Positions 44,057-54,814 of a stretch of 64,000 nt of DNA are shown piece by piece (position 1 is the first letter of the stretch; the number at the start of each line of letters is the position of its first letter). A program made the translations under genes and the position numbers. The notes beneath the pieces were generated by a model. The model had not been told where the DNA came from. It saw only the letters and a list, made by a program, of their open reading frames with translations, and did not search any database. Source of the stretch: Escherichia coli (lineage in GTDB: Bacteria > Pseudomonadota > Gammaproteobacteria > Enterobacterales > Enterobacteriaceae); the NCBI RefSeq assembly GCF_048403405.1, contig NZ_CP183129.1; one strand, 5' to 3'.

Positions 44057-47000
44057 TCAGCTGATACTGATGCCTGCGGTGGCTTTCTTCATCACCACAA
44101 CCAGCAAATCGCTGATACTTGCTGTGGGATACCAGTTATTCACCAGCCATGCTGACACCGAAAACTCCAGCGTCATGTGGCCGCGACCAGCTGGCATATC
44201 AATAACACCACTGTAAATCAGCGTATTATCCAGCGCGGTACGGTTATAAATTTCAGCACCGTTTTTCCGTACTATCAGGCGGCATGACGAATAAATATCG
44301 TTATTCTCCCGCTCATGTTTAGCGCCGCTGAATGCCACCGCCGGAATAACAATTTGCCTGTCAAAAGGCTGATCGTCATAAATCCTGACGGTAATGGTCC
44401 CTGATGGCCACCGCTCCGGTGCCCGGGAGTCCCGCGGAAAAGCCTTACCCACTGTTTTGACTATATCGCCTTCAATCTGGTTGGCTGACAGTTTCCCCTT
44501 AATCTGACAGTTCTCATTAATTGTGACATTGTTGAGCGTCCCGGCGTTCGCATTCACACTGCCACTGATATCTGCATTTTTAGCGGTCAGTTTTCCGTCC
44601 GGTGTCAGGGAAAATGCCGGAGGATTACCGCCGCTGGTAATGGTGGGAGCCGTCAGGCGTTTCAGGAACACGTCGTTCATGAATATCTGATCGCCCTGAC
44701 CAACAAACATCGGCTTTGTGTTGCCATTCGCAGGATTAATCATCGCAATCCTGTCTGCCGCCAGCAGCACCTGACTCTGCATTCCTGCTGGCGTATTCTC
44801 AATACCGGCACCGATACCCGCAATATAAAGGCGTCCGTCCTGCATCTGCTGCAGCTTCACAGCCCACATGCTGTTCAGATTATTATTTGTATCAACCTGA
44901 ACCTTCTGTATCTGCTGGATTGCCGCACTCTGATTTTCCAGTTTTTTATTGACGGTCTGCGTGATTTCATTGCTGACATCCGTAATGGACGTCCTGATTT
45001 CAGCCAGGTCAGGCGCAAGCTGACCGTTATCAATCTGCGTCCACAACTCCTGAGCCAGATGGGTTTTCCCTATCTCTCCTTTGAAAAAATTCAGATAGCC
45101 GGATGCATCATCACTCGGCTGGCCAACAGCCTCCACAAATGCCGATTTGCCAACGGTGTTCACACTGCGGATGTAAAAATAATAATCATGGCCCGGTTTG
45201 ATATTGATACTGGCAGCTATCCAGTACAGCGCCGAGCCAAGATAGCGGGCTGCGGTTTCAACCTGCCTGATATCCGCAATCCGCTTTTCCGAGAACCAGA
45301 ACTCAAACTGTACCGTCGGGTCATACACCGCAAGACGCGGGACCGCCGTTATCTGAAAATAGCCCGGCGTCAGCTCAATCCGCGACGGTGCTGCCGGTGC
45401 GGCAATCCGGAATGTGGTGGTGGCAGGTTCACCCTGCTGGCCATAGCTGTTTATCGCCCGCACCGTCAGGGTGTATTCCCCCAGCGGCAGGCCGCTGAAA
45501 CGGTGCTCCGTGTCTGCGGTGATGGCGGTGGTCACCAGTCTGGCATCCGTTCCCTTACCACTGGTCAGGCGCAGACTGAAGCGCACACCCTTCACCACCC
45601 GCGGCGTGTCCCATTTCGCCTGCGCCAGATACTGTCCGTCAGCTGCGCTCACCTCCACCGTCAGGTGCTGCACTGCCGGTGGGATGACGCTGTTCAGGGA
45701 ACCTGACTGCGGCTCAAAGCGGGCACCGTTATCCACGATGGCTTCTTTTTCCGGTACGTGCTGCACCGCCGTGATGGCAAAGGTGCCGTCCGTGTTTTCC
45801 CGGACGGAGACACAGCGGAACAGGCGACGGCGCAGTGACGGCAGGGAGAGTCCCCACACCCCGTATGTCTCCACACCATCAGGCAGGGTACTGACCTGTA
45901 TCCGGTCCGGCGCGGGGTGTTCGGTGATGTCCACACTCACCGGCTTACCGCTGCCGTTAATCAGGTTCACCGTGGCGGCACCGGTCTCCGGAAGTGTCAC
46001 TTCACGGTCCAGCGTCAGGGTGCGGGTGGCAGCATCAATGGACAGGACACGTCCGCCGGTCAGGGTCCCGGCATAGTCGTTATCACAGATTTCAATGATG
46101 TCACCGGGTGTGTGCCGCAGCCCCTGAGACCCGAGCGTGAAATCCACCGTCTGCGTTTCCAGCAGTTCGGTCTTTATCACCCACAGTCCGGCACGGTGGG
46201 CCTGACCGCGGCTGGTACAGCCGAACGCGTCCATCTTCAGCAGGTTGCGTCCGTAGCGCAGTATGGCTTCCGGGTCTTCCACCAGTTCCGTGGAGGTCTG
46301 CCAGCCGTTCTGCGGGTCGGTGTAATTCACCTCCACCGCCGTGTGCCGGTCCTTCAGGGCACTGAAGCTGTAGCGGAATCCCACGCCGTTATCATCCACC
46401 ACCACATCGCTGTTGGTGTACGGCCACACCACATCCGACGGGCGGTCCTGAACGAACGTCAGCGTCTGACCGTTCCATACCGGCATACAGCGCATCGCAG
46501 AGCAGAAATCACTGAGAACGTCCCACGCCTTACGCTGTTGTGCCAGGTACGCATTAAAGGTCATCCGCGGCTCGGTCCCCCCGAAACCATCCGGGACCGT
46601 CTGGTCGCAGTACTGCCCGATGGCATACAGCGCCCACTTGTCCACATCCGCCGCCCCCAGACGTTTTCCCATGCCGTAGCGCGGGTGAGTCAGCATGTCC
46701 CACAGGCACCAGGCCGGGTTGTTGCTGTATGCCGGTTTCAGACTGCCGTCCCAGATACCACTGTACGTGCGTTTTTCCGGGTCATAGTTTGACGGCACCT
46801 GGATGATGCGACCGCGGATATGGTAGTTCACCGTCATCTGCTGGCCGCCGAACTGCTCCGCATCCACCTGCAGCCCCACAATGGCCGTGTTCGGGTAGCA
46901 CTGTTTCACATCGATGATTTCGGTGTATGACGACCACAGCGTCTTATTCTGCAGCTGGTCCGTGGTGCTGTCCGCCGTCTCCCTGACCATCCGGATGTTA

Positions 47001-47530
47001 AAGGGCCGGGGAGGCAGATTATCCAGAATCACCGAGGCCAGGAACTGCGAGGTGGTCTTGCCGTTAATGGTGACATCCTTTTCCGTCACCCAGCGGCCAT
47101 TACGCTGTAACTGAATCAGAATCCGGACAGAGGAAGGATTACGGTCGCCCTTTGACGTGGTCTGCACCAGTGACTGCACCCCGAAGGTAACCCGCAGGCG
47201 GTCAATGTTCGCGGACGTAATGGTGCGCGTCACCGGTTTTGCCTTCGTCACTTCCACGCCCAGTCCGGTTTCAGCACCGGAGGACTCAAAGCCTTCCGGT
47301 GGTGTCTGCTCCTGCTCCCCGGCGCGCCAGACCGCCGTCACACCGTGTATCACGGGATTACCGTCCGTGTCCGTCAGCGGGGTTTTGTTCACCAGGATAC
47401 TCTGCAGTCCCTTCACCGGACCTTCTATCGGTCCCTCACCAATCGCATCAATCACGCTCATCATCTGCGTGGATTTGAGATTATCCTTCGCCTCACGAGG
47501 CGTGTGTGCCTTACCGCCACCTTTTCCCAT
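44057..47530 (-). CDS. J: tail tip host-specificity protein J
   Basis: 1157-aa ORF; N-terminus [38 protein letters not shown] and long collinear similarity to lambda gpJ. Confidence 0.95.
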   Translation of the reverse strand: MGKGGGKAHTPREAKDNLKSTQMMSVIDAIGEGPIEGPVKGLQSILVNKTPLTDTDGNPVIHGVTAVWRAGEQEQTPPEGFESSGAETGLGVEVTKAKPVTRTITSANIDRLRVTFGVQSLVQTTSKGDRNPSSVRILIQLQRNGRWVTEKDVTINGKTTSQFLASVILDNLPPRPFNIRMVRETADSTTDQLQNKTLWSSYTEIIDVKQCYPNTAIVGLQVDAEQFGGQQMTVNYHIRGRIIQVPSNYDPEKRTYSGIWDGSLKPAYSNNPAWCLWDMLTHPRYGMGKRLGAADVDKWALYAIGQYCDQTVPDGFGGTEPRMTFNAYLAQQRKAWDVLSDFCSAMRCMPVWNGQTLTFVQDRPSDVVWPYTNSDVVVDDNGVGFRYSFSALKDRHTAVEVNYTDPQNGWQTSTELVEDPEAILRYGRNLLKMDAFGCTSRGQAHRAGLWVIKTELLETQTVDFTLGSQGLRHTPGDIIEICDNDYAGTLTGGRVLSIDAATRTLTLDREVTLPETGAATVNLINGSGKPVSVDITEHPAPDRIQVSTLPDGVETYGVWGLSLPSLRRRLFRCVSVRENTDGTFAITAVQHVPEKEAIVDNGARFEPQSGSLNSVIPPAVQHLTVEVSAADGQYLAQAKWDTPRVVKGVRFSLRLTSGKGTDARLVTTAITADTEHRFSGLPLGEYTLTVRAINSYGQQGEPATTTFRIAAPAAPSRIELTPGYFQITAVPRLAVYDPTVQFEFWFSEKRIADIRQVETAARYLGSALYWIAASINIKPGHDYYFYIRSVNTVGKSAFVEAVGQPSDDASGYLNFFKGEIGKTHLAQELWTQIDNGQLAPDLAEIRTSITDVSNEITQTVNKKLENQSAAIQQIQKVQVDTNNNLNSMWAVKLQQMQDGRLYIAGIGAGIENTPAGMQSQVLLAADRIAMINPANGNTKPMFVGQGDQIFMNDVFLKRLTAPTITSGGNPPAFSLTPDGKLTAKNADISGSVNANAGTLNNVTINENCQIKGKLSANQIEGDIVKTVGKAFPRDSRAPERWPSGTITVRIYDDQPFDRQIVIPAVAFSGAKHERENNDIYSSCRLIVRKNGAEIYNRTALDNTLIYSGVIDMPAGRGHMTLEFSVSAWLVNNWYPTASISDLLVVVMKKATAGISIS

Positions 47531-47769
47531 ACAGCCTTCCCCTGAATAAATTAACCGCCACTTGCCATTCCGTACAGAAGTCGGATATCCTTCGCCCGAA
47601 AAGCATGAAACACATTTCTGCCATGCTAAAGAGAAACCCCGGTATCAGCAGATACCGGGGTTTTCTTTCATGCCCACCGATAATCCTGTTGGTTAAAACC
47701 GGTAATGGCATAAAAATTCTGAATATCTTCACATTTTCACAAACTGACTGTGGCGCGTATAATTTCTCT

Positions 47770-47866
47770 GCGTTAATTTTTTTGTCGTGATATAAGAATA
47801 ATTCCTTACACTTAATCTTCGTAACTCTCCCGCAGTTCCTGTCCGCGATCACTGCGGGATTTTTTT
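47770..47866 (+). ncRNA. candidate small RNA in I-J intergenic insert (prediction only)
   Basis: sigma70-like promoter TTCACA-16 nt-TATAAT (47736-47763) followed about 65 nt later by hairpin cccgcagt...actgcggg plus T7 (47828-47866); no plausible ORF. Confidence 0.3.
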
Positions 47867-47873
47867 ATTCTTT

Positions 47874-48554
47874 TTACCCCTGCCGCCCGATAACCACGAC
47901 CTTTCCGCCCCCGCCTTCATCACGGGTGCTGATGTCCTGGGATATACGGCGGGAGCCAACCAGCATTTCCCCGTAAGGCACCGGCATCGGGTTCCCCTGG
48001 GCAATCATGTTATCCAGTGAGGAAAAGTACGTGTTCTGTCTGCCGTTATCCGTTGCGCGGTAATCCGGTGTTTTTGCCTTCGGGGCCAGCATCTGGGCCA
48101 CACCGCCCAGAATCATGCTGGCTCCAAGTGAAAACAGCATCGTGGTGGCAGAAAAACCACCGGCTGCCAGGGCTGAACCCCATAACGCCATTGATGCCCC
48201 GGCAGTGAAGAAAGAGCCCACGATGGCTGCCGCCCCCAGCACAATCTGCAGTCCACCCTTTCCGGCCCCGGCCAGTCGCGGCACAATGTGGATGACCGTT
48301 CCCTCACCCAGCTGTTCGTGAAGACGGGCGTACACCGCCTCCGGTGCCGTGTCATAACCGGCAATACGTATCTGGTACCAGCCTTCGTTCATCTGACGGC
48401 GAAAGCCCGGCATCTGCATCGACAGGGCGCGAATGGCTTCCGCTGCCGTGTTCACATACAGGCTGAGGCGGCGGCCAAATCGTTGTAAATCCCCGTGAAG
48501 GCAGATGCGTGCCAGTGGCGGTGACGCCAGACTGAATGCGTTCGTCGTTGCCAT
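47874..48554 (-). CDS. I: tail assembly protein I
   Basis: 226-aa ORF MATTNAFSLASPPLARICLHGDLQRFGRR, lambda gpI-like. Confidence 0.9.
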   Translation of the reverse strand: MATTNAFSLASPPLARICLHGDLQRFGRRLSLYVNTAAEAIRALSMQMPGFRRQMNEGWYQIRIAGYDTAPEAVYARLHEQLGEGTVIHIVPRLAGAGKGGLQIVLGAAAIVGSFFTAGASMALWGSALAAGGFSATTMLFSLGASMILGGVAQMLAPKAKTPDYRATDNGRQNTYFSSLDNMIAQGNPMPVPYGEMLVGSRRISQDISTRDEGGGGKVVVIGRQG

Positions 48555-49185
48555 TTTTCGGAATACCTCTCCCGTTTACTCAGTTGTTCAGGCAGATGGT
48601 GAAGCAGCTCACCGTTGCCGCAGTAAATGGCGGCATGGTTCGGTACCAGCAGCACAGCAGAATATCGCCCGCCTGTGCAGAGGACAGGGGCACCCGGTAA
48701 AAGCCGGTGACCGCCATATTGTCCAGGTAAAGGTTCTGACCGTTGCGCCACCAGTCATCCTCGCGATGAAAATCCGGCATCTCAGTCCCCGCCAGATGAT
48801 AAGCATCCCGGAACAGCGTGTAACAGTCCGTCACCCCGTGCTCAAAGCGCCGTCCTGTCAGATGTGGCACACAGCGGAATTTGTGAATGTCACCCCGGCA
48901 GACCAGCCACCAGGGCAGTGCGCTTTTTATCTGCAGCCGCCGGTCAGCCTCGCTCAGCCAGGGCAGCCCACCGGGATGACTGTGGACCAGTGCCACAATC
49001 TCCCCCTGCATCTCTGCCCGCAGCCAGTCTTCCGGTGCGATACGAAAATACGCCTCCGGCTCTGCAGAAATATTCACACAAGGGATATACCACTCCCCCT
49101 CCGGCGTGCTTATCACGAAGCCGCACGACTCCGCAGGCGCACACCGCCGGGCATGCGCCAGAATCGCTGATTCAGTCTGTGTCAT
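48452..49185 (-). pseudogene. K: tail assembly protein K (JAB/MPN plus NlpC/P60), frame broken by 1-nt deletion near 48632-48645
   Basis: N-terminal part (MTQTESAILAHARR...HSHPGG...TDCYTLFRDAY...DILLCC) in one frame ends at 48580; NlpC/P60 His motif (VPNHAAIYCGNGELLHH) continues in another frame (ORF 48452..48751). Confidence 0.75.
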
Positions 49186-49195
49186 AAACCGGGAT

Positions 49196-49894
49196 TTACT
49201 GCGAAAGTTTATTAATGGAAAGGAAACCGCCAAAATTGCCGACATTCCTGCGCAGTTCACACCCGCGCATGCACTTGCTGCATCTGTCCTTACGGATATC
49301 CGTGGTGGGGTTGTCGAACTCATCCGCCACCGCAGGACCGTTATACCCACATTCATCTCCCCGGTAATCCCACATACAGGTGTTCGCCAGCATGATGCGA
49401 CCGGGAAACAGCGCCCCGTCCGTCTCGGTCGGTGTAGCCAGCACAAACGAGGCCGTCATGGCTGTCAGCTGCGACATCTGCTCCACCACCCAGCGGTCAC
49501 TCAGCTCCTGCTCCGGGTCCGCCTCCGGATTGCCCGCAACGAAATTCACCGCATCCAGAAAACGGGCATACACCCGGCGGCGGACCACCGTGGCCCCCAC
49601 CAGACTCTGCAGGTCTTCCGCCATCCCGGTGACCAGACCGAACAGATTGGACACCGTCAGCGACGGTCTGGCACTGCTGCCCCGGCCGTTCATCTCAAAG
49701 CCGCTGCCGTCAATCGGGTATGCCTCATACTTACGCCCCTGCCAGGTGACCGGCTCCCCTTTTTCATTCAGCTCATTACAGAAAAAATACCGCTCACCAC
49801 CCTGTACCGTCAGGTCGATTTCCCAGAGTACCACCCGCGGTGACTGCTCTGACTTAACCGACTCGTTCAGACTTTCTTCGCGAATATCCTGCAT
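49196..49894 (-). CDS. L: minor tail protein L
   Basis: 232-aa ORF MQDIREESLNE...GNFGGFLSINKLSQ, lambda gpL-like. Confidence 0.9.
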   Translation of the reverse strand: MQDIREESLNESVKSEQSPRVVLWEIDLTVQGGERYFFCNELNEKGEPVTWQGRKYEAYPIDGSGFEMNGRGSSARPSLTVSNLFGLVTGMAEDLQSLVGATVVRRRVYARFLDAVNFVAGNPEADPEQELSDRWVVEQMSQLTAMTASFVLATPTETDGALFPGRIMLANTCMWDYRGDECGYNGPAVADEFDNPTTDIRKDRCSKCMRGCELRRNVGNFGGFLSINKLSQ

Positions 49895-50223
49895 CAGTTC
49901 ACCACCTGCTTAAACTCCGCGCTGAACTCAACGCGCAACATCCCGACCCGTGCAGACCACCCGGCACAGGTCACCTTTATCTGCCGGTATGCATAGGGTG
50001 GCTTCCACAAAAATGCCTTCCAGCCACCGTGCTCTGCCAGGAACGCTTCCAGATGCCGGGCCTCCTCCCGGGTCACGGAAAGCGTCACCCTGTATGTTTT
50101 CAGGTCAGCATTCAGCCCTGCCGCCATACGCTGTGAGTACCCGTCACCAAAACGCACTTCACGCACCGATGGCTGCGAGTTCACCTCCATATCCGGCTTC
50201 ACTTTCCAGCGAAAGGTTTTCAT
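49894..50223 (-). CDS. M: minor tail protein M
   Basis: 109-aa ORF in lambda M position. Confidence 0.85.
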   Translation of the reverse strand: MKTFRWKVKPDMEVNSQPSVREVRFGDGYSQRMAAGLNADLKTYRVTLSVTREEARHLEAFLAEHGGWKAFLWKPPYAYRQIKVTCAGWSARVGMLRVEFSAEFKQVVN

Positions 50224-52793
50224 CGACCGCTCCCTGATAACAGACCGCCATCACGCAACTGCAGCCGGAGTTCATCCTGTGCCCCCTTGCGGGCCATGTC
50301 ATACACCGCCTTCATCAGCTGCGACCCCGCCTGTCCGTTGATACCGTCGTTCTGAATCACCACGTGATTGTTCTGATTAAAATTAATACCTTCGGCCCGC
50401 CGCATCTGCGCCGGACTTCCGGCACCGCCGACATAACCACCTTCCGCATACCCGCGCATCAGACGATACAGGTTGCCGACACCAATCCGGCTGGTTGCCT
50501 CCTTCGTGAAGACAAATTCACCACGGTGAACAATCCCCGCTGGCTCATATTTGCCGCCGGTTCCCGTAAATCCTCCGGTCGCAAAATGGAAGTTCGCCGC
50601 CGCAGCCTGAATGGCTGTACCGCCTGACGCGGATGCGCCACCACCAACAGCCCCGCCAATGGCGCTGCCGATACTTCCGACAATCCCCACCATTGCCTGC
50701 TTCAGAAAAATCTCTGTCAGCATGGACAGCACAGAACGGGTGAAACCACGCCAGTTCTGCTCACTGCCGGTCAGCATCGCCGCCATATTCTGTGCAATAC
50801 CGTCAAAGGTCTGCGTGGCCGCGTTTTTAACCTGCGAAAAACTGTCCGTCGCACTTTCCGCCCACTCGCCCCAGCCGGACTTCATCCCGGCCATCCAGCT
50901 TCCACGAAGCTGCTCCTCCGCAGACCAGGTGTTCTTCAGTGCCGATGTGGCCTTCGCCAGCGCAGCCGGATTATCACCGTACACCTCACGAAGGCGCTGC
51001 TCTTCCGACTCCCGCTGCGCCTGACGGTCAGTGAGGCCGCGGGCTTTTGCGCTGATTGCCGCCTGCTTCGCGCTCTGCTGCTGTTCAAACCGCGCCGCCT
51101 GCTGTGCCAGCTCATTCAGCCGCTTCTGGTGTTCTATCTTGTCGCCCAGCTCAGCCAGCTGGCGTTTGTACTCCAGCGTTTCTTTCTCATGGGCCAGCAG
51201 GGATTTTTCCTGCTCAGATAACTGCCGTTTCGTGGCGGCCTCTTTCAGGATCACATACTGATTTTCCGCTTCCCATAAATCCCGGCGCTGCTGGCTGATT
51301 TTCTCATTCACACCGCTGTGTTTTTCCAGCGTCCTGAGCTCGGTTTCAAGCGCCAGCATGGCTGCATGCGCCCGGTCTTCCTGGCGCTCACCGGCAGACA
51401 CCTTCACACCTGACGGCTTTTTCAGCGTCGATTCATAATCCTTTTTTGCCGACGCCATCAGCGTGTTGTAATCCGCCTGCAGGATTTTTCCGTCTTTCAG
51501 GGCCTTATTCAGCTCTTTCTGACGGGCGGTATATTTATCCAGCGGCGTCTGCAGGCGCTCATACGCCTTCTGCGCCTCTCCGGTATACTTCAGCTGTGAC
51601 GCCTCACGCTCAGCCCGGTCCCTTGCCGCCAGTTCACCGGCTTTTTCCATATCCGACTGCAGCGTGGCCGCTGCCAGACCCAGACGGGCATTTTCCCGGT
51701 CATCCCATGCCCCCTGAAGGTTCGCACGAAAAGAGGAGGTCTTTCCCCGGCGCTGGCTCCGGCTCTGGTACCACTGCCATTTTTTATCCGCCTCATCAAA
51801 TGCCTTCTGCGCACTGGCGAGCATATCCGCTGAGGATTCAGGACGACCGATATCCAGAATGGCATCCCACATCGATTTGAATGCCTTCCCTGTTTTATCC
51901 GCCCAGGTCTCCAGTGTTCCCATGTTTTCTTTCAGGCGACGGGTCTGCTCATCAAAGCCTTTCGTGGCGATATCGTTCGCCGCCTGCAATGCCCCGGCCT
52001 CGTCTCCGGAACGCTGCAGCTGTGCAACATACGCAATCTGCTCTGCCGTCACGTTACGGAACTGGCGCGCCATCGCCATCAGTCCCGACGTCGGGTCAGT
52101 GGTCAGCTTCCCGAAGGCTTCAGCGACTTTATCCACCTCCACACCGGATGCAGACGCAAAACGCGCGACACTCTGGTTGATGGCATCAAACTGTTCACCA
52201 CCACGCACACCGGCATTCATCAGGGCTGCCAGTGACTCTCTCGCCTGGTTAAACGTCAGCCCTGCTGCCTGCCCGGCTCTTGAGAGAGTCAGCATACGAT
52301 CGGCAGTCAGTCCGGACTGATTACCGGAAAGAACCAGGGTTTTATTAAACGCTGAAAGCGTGGAATCTCCCTGGTACCAGGCGTACACCAGCGCACCTGT
52401 CGCCACCGCCAGCGAGGTGACCCCGACCATCGGCAGGGTGATCGCACCGGCGAGCCCCCTGAACATGGGGATCATCCCGCCGAAGGAGTCCTTCACCTGA
52501 CCGCCCTGTTGCAGCAGGATCAGCCAGGGATTCTGACCACCGGCAAGCTGCGTGGCGATATCCGTAAACTGTGCGGGCAGGGTTCGCATGGCCGCTTTAT
52601 ACTGCCCGACGGAAATCCCGGCTTTTTGTGCAGCCAGCGCCTGGCGGCTCAGGCCCTGTTCAACAGCACTGGCGGTTTTTCTGGCGTCGGTATCCAGACC
52701 TGAAAAATGACGCCTTACCCGGCTCATCTGCTCATCGAAACGGACAGCATCCAGACTCAGGTCAATAACAAGATCACCAACCGGCTGGGACAT
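50220..52793 (-). CDS. H: tail tape measure protein H
   Basis: 857-aa ORF MSQPVGDLVIDLSLDAVRFDEQ..., lambda gpH-like. Confidence 0.9.
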   Translation of the reverse strand: MSQPVGDLVIDLSLDAVRFDEQMSRVRRHFSGLDTDARKTASAVEQGLSRQALAAQKAGISVGQYKAAMRTLPAQFTDIATQLAGGQNPWLILLQQGGQVKDSFGGMIPMFRGLAGAITLPMVGVTSLAVATGALVYAWYQGDSTLSAFNKTLVLSGNQSGLTADRMLTLSRAGQAAGLTFNQARESLAALMNAGVRGGEQFDAINQSVARFASASGVEVDKVAEAFGKLTTDPTSGLMAMARQFRNVTAEQIAYVAQLQRSGDEAGALQAANDIATKGFDEQTRRLKENMGTLETWADKTGKAFKSMWDAILDIGRPESSADMLASAQKAFDEADKKWQWYQSRSQRRGKTSSFRANLQGAWDDRENARLGLAAATLQSDMEKAGELAARDRAEREASQLKYTGEAQKAYERLQTPLDKYTARQKELNKALKDGKILQADYNTLMASAKKDYESTLKKPSGVKVSAGERQEDRAHAAMLALETELRTLEKHSGVNEKISQQRRDLWEAENQYVILKEAATKRQLSEQEKSLLAHEKETLEYKRQLAELGDKIEHQKRLNELAQQAARFEQQQSAKQAAISAKARGLTDRQAQRESEEQRLREVYGDNPAALAKATSALKNTWSAEEQLRGSWMAGMKSGWGEWAESATDSFSQVKNAATQTFDGIAQNMAAMLTGSEQNWRGFTRSVLSMLTEIFLKQAMVGIVGSIGSAIGGAVGGGASASGGTAIQAAAANFHFATGGFTGTGGKYEPAGIVHRGEFVFTKEATSRIGVGNLYRLMRGYAEGGYVGGAGSPAQMRRAEGINFNQNNHVVIQNDGINGQAGSQLMKAVYDMARKGAQDELRLQLRDGGLLSGSGR

Positions 52794-53187
52794 ATCTCAC
52801 ACCTCCCGGAATCCCCGCTGAAGCCATCATTAATGCGGCATCATCCACCATGACATCCGCCACATCCGCAGACGATAAAATATCGCGCCCTCCGTCCCCA
52901 CCGAACCGGACGCCTCCGGCAAGTCCTGCCGCTTTCTGCATCAGCATTTTGTCCTCATCCGGCCTCTCCACCTGCTCTTCCTCATGCCGGGGGACAAGCA
53001 GACTGAAATCAGAGGGATGCATATCCGGATCGCAAAAAAACAGGCTGAGTACAGCGTACGTCAGCCCGGAAAAATGCATATCCAGCTGGGTATCCTGAAA
53101 ATAATGCGTGCGGTAAAAACGGTGCCAGTCGGCATATTCGGTGGATGTCATCCCGGCAAGCATGGCGCGCCAGTCGGGTCTCCCCAT
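52774..53187 (-). CDS. T: tail assembly chaperone T frame (expressed as G-T fusion)
   Basis: 137-aa ORF in -1 frame relative to G; joins G through slippery site at 53232-53238. Confidence 0.8.
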   Translation of the reverse strand: MGRPDWRAMLAGMTSTEYADWHRFYRTHYFQDTQLDMHFSGLTYAVLSLFFCDPDMHPSDFSLLVPRHEEEQVERPDEDKMLMQKAAGLAGGVRFGGDGGRDILSSADVADVMVDDAALMMASAGIPGGVRYVPAGW

Positions 53188-53213
53188 CTCACGCGCCAGT
53201 CTGAGGGCAAAGT

Positions 53214-53645
53214 TCAGCTCGCCGTCAAAGACTTTCCCGCAGAAAAATCATCATCAGTCAGCGTGTTATTTTTCGCCACTTCAGTAATATCAGTATCCGG
53301 ACGAACAGCTTCGATCATCCCGGACAGGCACAACACCACGTCTTCCGCCCGGGCAATGGCATCGGCAGGCCAGGTGGTGAGCACTTCCTGCTCTATCTTC
53401 ATCACGGCCTCATTCATTGACGGTGACTGCGTTTTCTGTGGATGGTTATGCCACAGGGACATCGCCACCAGAAACGCGCCGGTTCTGACGAGATCTTCCA
53501 CGCTTACCTGCAGGTTGCCGCAGGATTCTGCCTGTTCTGCACGCCGTTTCAGGAGGGCAAGATGCTCGATACGCTGCAGCGCAGACAATTCGGAAAGCGT
53601 GACAGACACACCGTTATATTCAAATTGTTCTGTTTTCAGAAACAT
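53214..53645 (-). CDS. G: tail assembly chaperone G
   Basis: 143-aa ORF MFLKTEQFEYNGVSVTLSELSALQRIEHLAL. Confidence 0.9.
   Translation of the reverse strand: MFLKTEQFEYNGVSVTLSELSALQRIEHLALLKRRAEQAESCGNLQVSVEDLVRTGAFLVAMSLWHNHPQKTQSPSMNEAVMKIEQEVLTTWPADAIARAEDVVLCLSGMIEAVRPDTDITEVAKNNTLTDDDFSAGKSLTAS
53232..53238 (-). promoter_or_regulatory. programmed -1 ribosomal frameshift site (GGGAAAG) for gpG-T
   Basis: heptamer G GGA AAG near 3' end of G in zero frame; -1 frame continues into T ORF. Confidence 0.8.
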
Positions 53646-53658
53646 GTATTACCTCCGT

Positions 53659-54411
53659 TTACCCTGCAGCGCCCGCTTCAGTAACGGTGACTTCAGCCAC
53701 TGCGGCGAACTGACCATTTCCGCTCACCACAGGGATCTGCACCTTACCTGTCGCCACGCCGTTTACCGTAATTGTCATATCTTTCACACTAATGGTGGCT
53801 TTCGACGGATCGGCGGAAACCGCTCTGAACGTCTTGTCGGTTGCACTTTCCGGCTCAAAAGAAACCGTCAGGGTGGTTGTTTTCCCTTTTGCCACCGTAC
53901 CGGATGTCGGCGTCACCTTAATCGCACTGACCGGCGTAATTTTGCTGCGTTCTTCCGCTACAGAAGGTTTACCCACGTTAGTGACTTTCACCGTGCGGGT
54001 GATCACTTCTTTCGCCGTCACGGCCTTACCGATACTGCTGACCCAGCCACGAAACACATCCACCGTGCCATTCGGAAAACGGATTTTATAGGCCCGGACA
54101 TCGCCGCTTTCAAACCAGCCTATAAGCCCTTTCTGGCCTTCCTCTCCCGGTTTCCAGGCCAGCGTAAAACTGGTATCACCTGCAGATTTCTGCCCCTGCC
54201 CGGTCGCGGTCCAGTCCGCGTCTTCATCATCCAGGTAGTTATCATCGTAGGATTCTGCCGTCATCTCGCCCGGCGTCAGATCCTTCACCTTAGCCAGTCG
54301 CTGCCAGTCATCGTCTGACAACGGGTTTGCATAAGCATCACCCTTGCCGTTGTAAACCCACAGAGTGGTACCGGCACCTTTTACCGGCTCAAGGGGATTT
54401 GGTGTTGCCAT
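53659..54411 (-). CDS. V: major tail tube protein V
   Basis: 250-aa ORF with lambda gpV-like sequence and C-terminal Ig-like region. Confidence 0.9.
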   Translation of the reverse strand: MATPNPLEPVKGAGTTLWVYNGKGDAYANPLSDDDWQRLAKVKDLTPGEMTAESYDDNYLDDEDADWTATGQGQKSAGDTSFTLAWKPGEEGQKGLIGWFESGDVRAYKIRFPNGTVDVFRGWVSSIGKAVTAKEVITRTVKVTNVGKPSVAEERSKITPVSAIKVTPTSGTVAKGKTTTLTVSFEPESATDKTFRAVSADPSKATISVKDMTITVNGVATGKVQIPVVSGNGQFAAVAEVTVTEAGAAG

Positions 54412-54418
54412 ATCGTCC

Positions 54419-54814
54419 TCACATCTCGTATGTAATGGAATAAGTCAGATCTGCAGAACTCCATAACGCCATATCGTCATCACGACGATACTCATAGCCC
54501 TGCGTAACCATCGTGGTAATCAGTCCTGCCAGTGCCGGGATCGCGGTCATCGCCGGGTAAATCCGGCTTTCCATCCACTGATCAAGCTCTGAATCCGGTA
54601 CCTGTGCCGGTAAAAACACCTCAATATGCAGCGTGGCCCGCCAGGTATCTGCATCCAGCTCTTCACCGGTATACTCTGCATCCGTCAGATAAACCGCGAT
54701 CGCAGGAAAATCCTCTTCGTCAAAAACAACGGGGCGACCATCAAACAGCGTCGCCCCGTGTTCATGCTGCTCGAGTGCATCCAGCACTGCGGCACGAATG
54801 TCAGTGTGTTTCAT
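54419..54814 (-). CDS. U: tail terminator protein U
   Basis: 131-aa ORF in lambda U position. Confidence 0.85.
   Translation of the reverse strand: MKHTDIRAAVLDALEQHEHGATLFDGRPVVFDEEDFPAIAVYLTDAEYTGEELDADTWRATLHIEVFLPAQVPDSELDQWMESRIYPAMTAIPALAGLITTMVTQGYEYRRDDDMALWSSADLTYSITYEM

Noticed and set aside
45917-46792. 291-aa plus-strand ORF inside J
   Set aside because: Antisense to J, which has end-to-end gpJ-like sequence.
47506-47790. 94-aa plus-strand ORF in the I-J insert
   Set aside because: Runs through a terminator hairpin and a promoter, and its start lies inside the J coding region; region better explained as non-coding.
52984-54318. 444-aa plus-strand ORF across G/V
   Set aside because: Antisense to well-supported lambda tail genes on the minus strand; Arg/Cys-rich composition typical of out-of-frame reading of GC-rich coding DNA.
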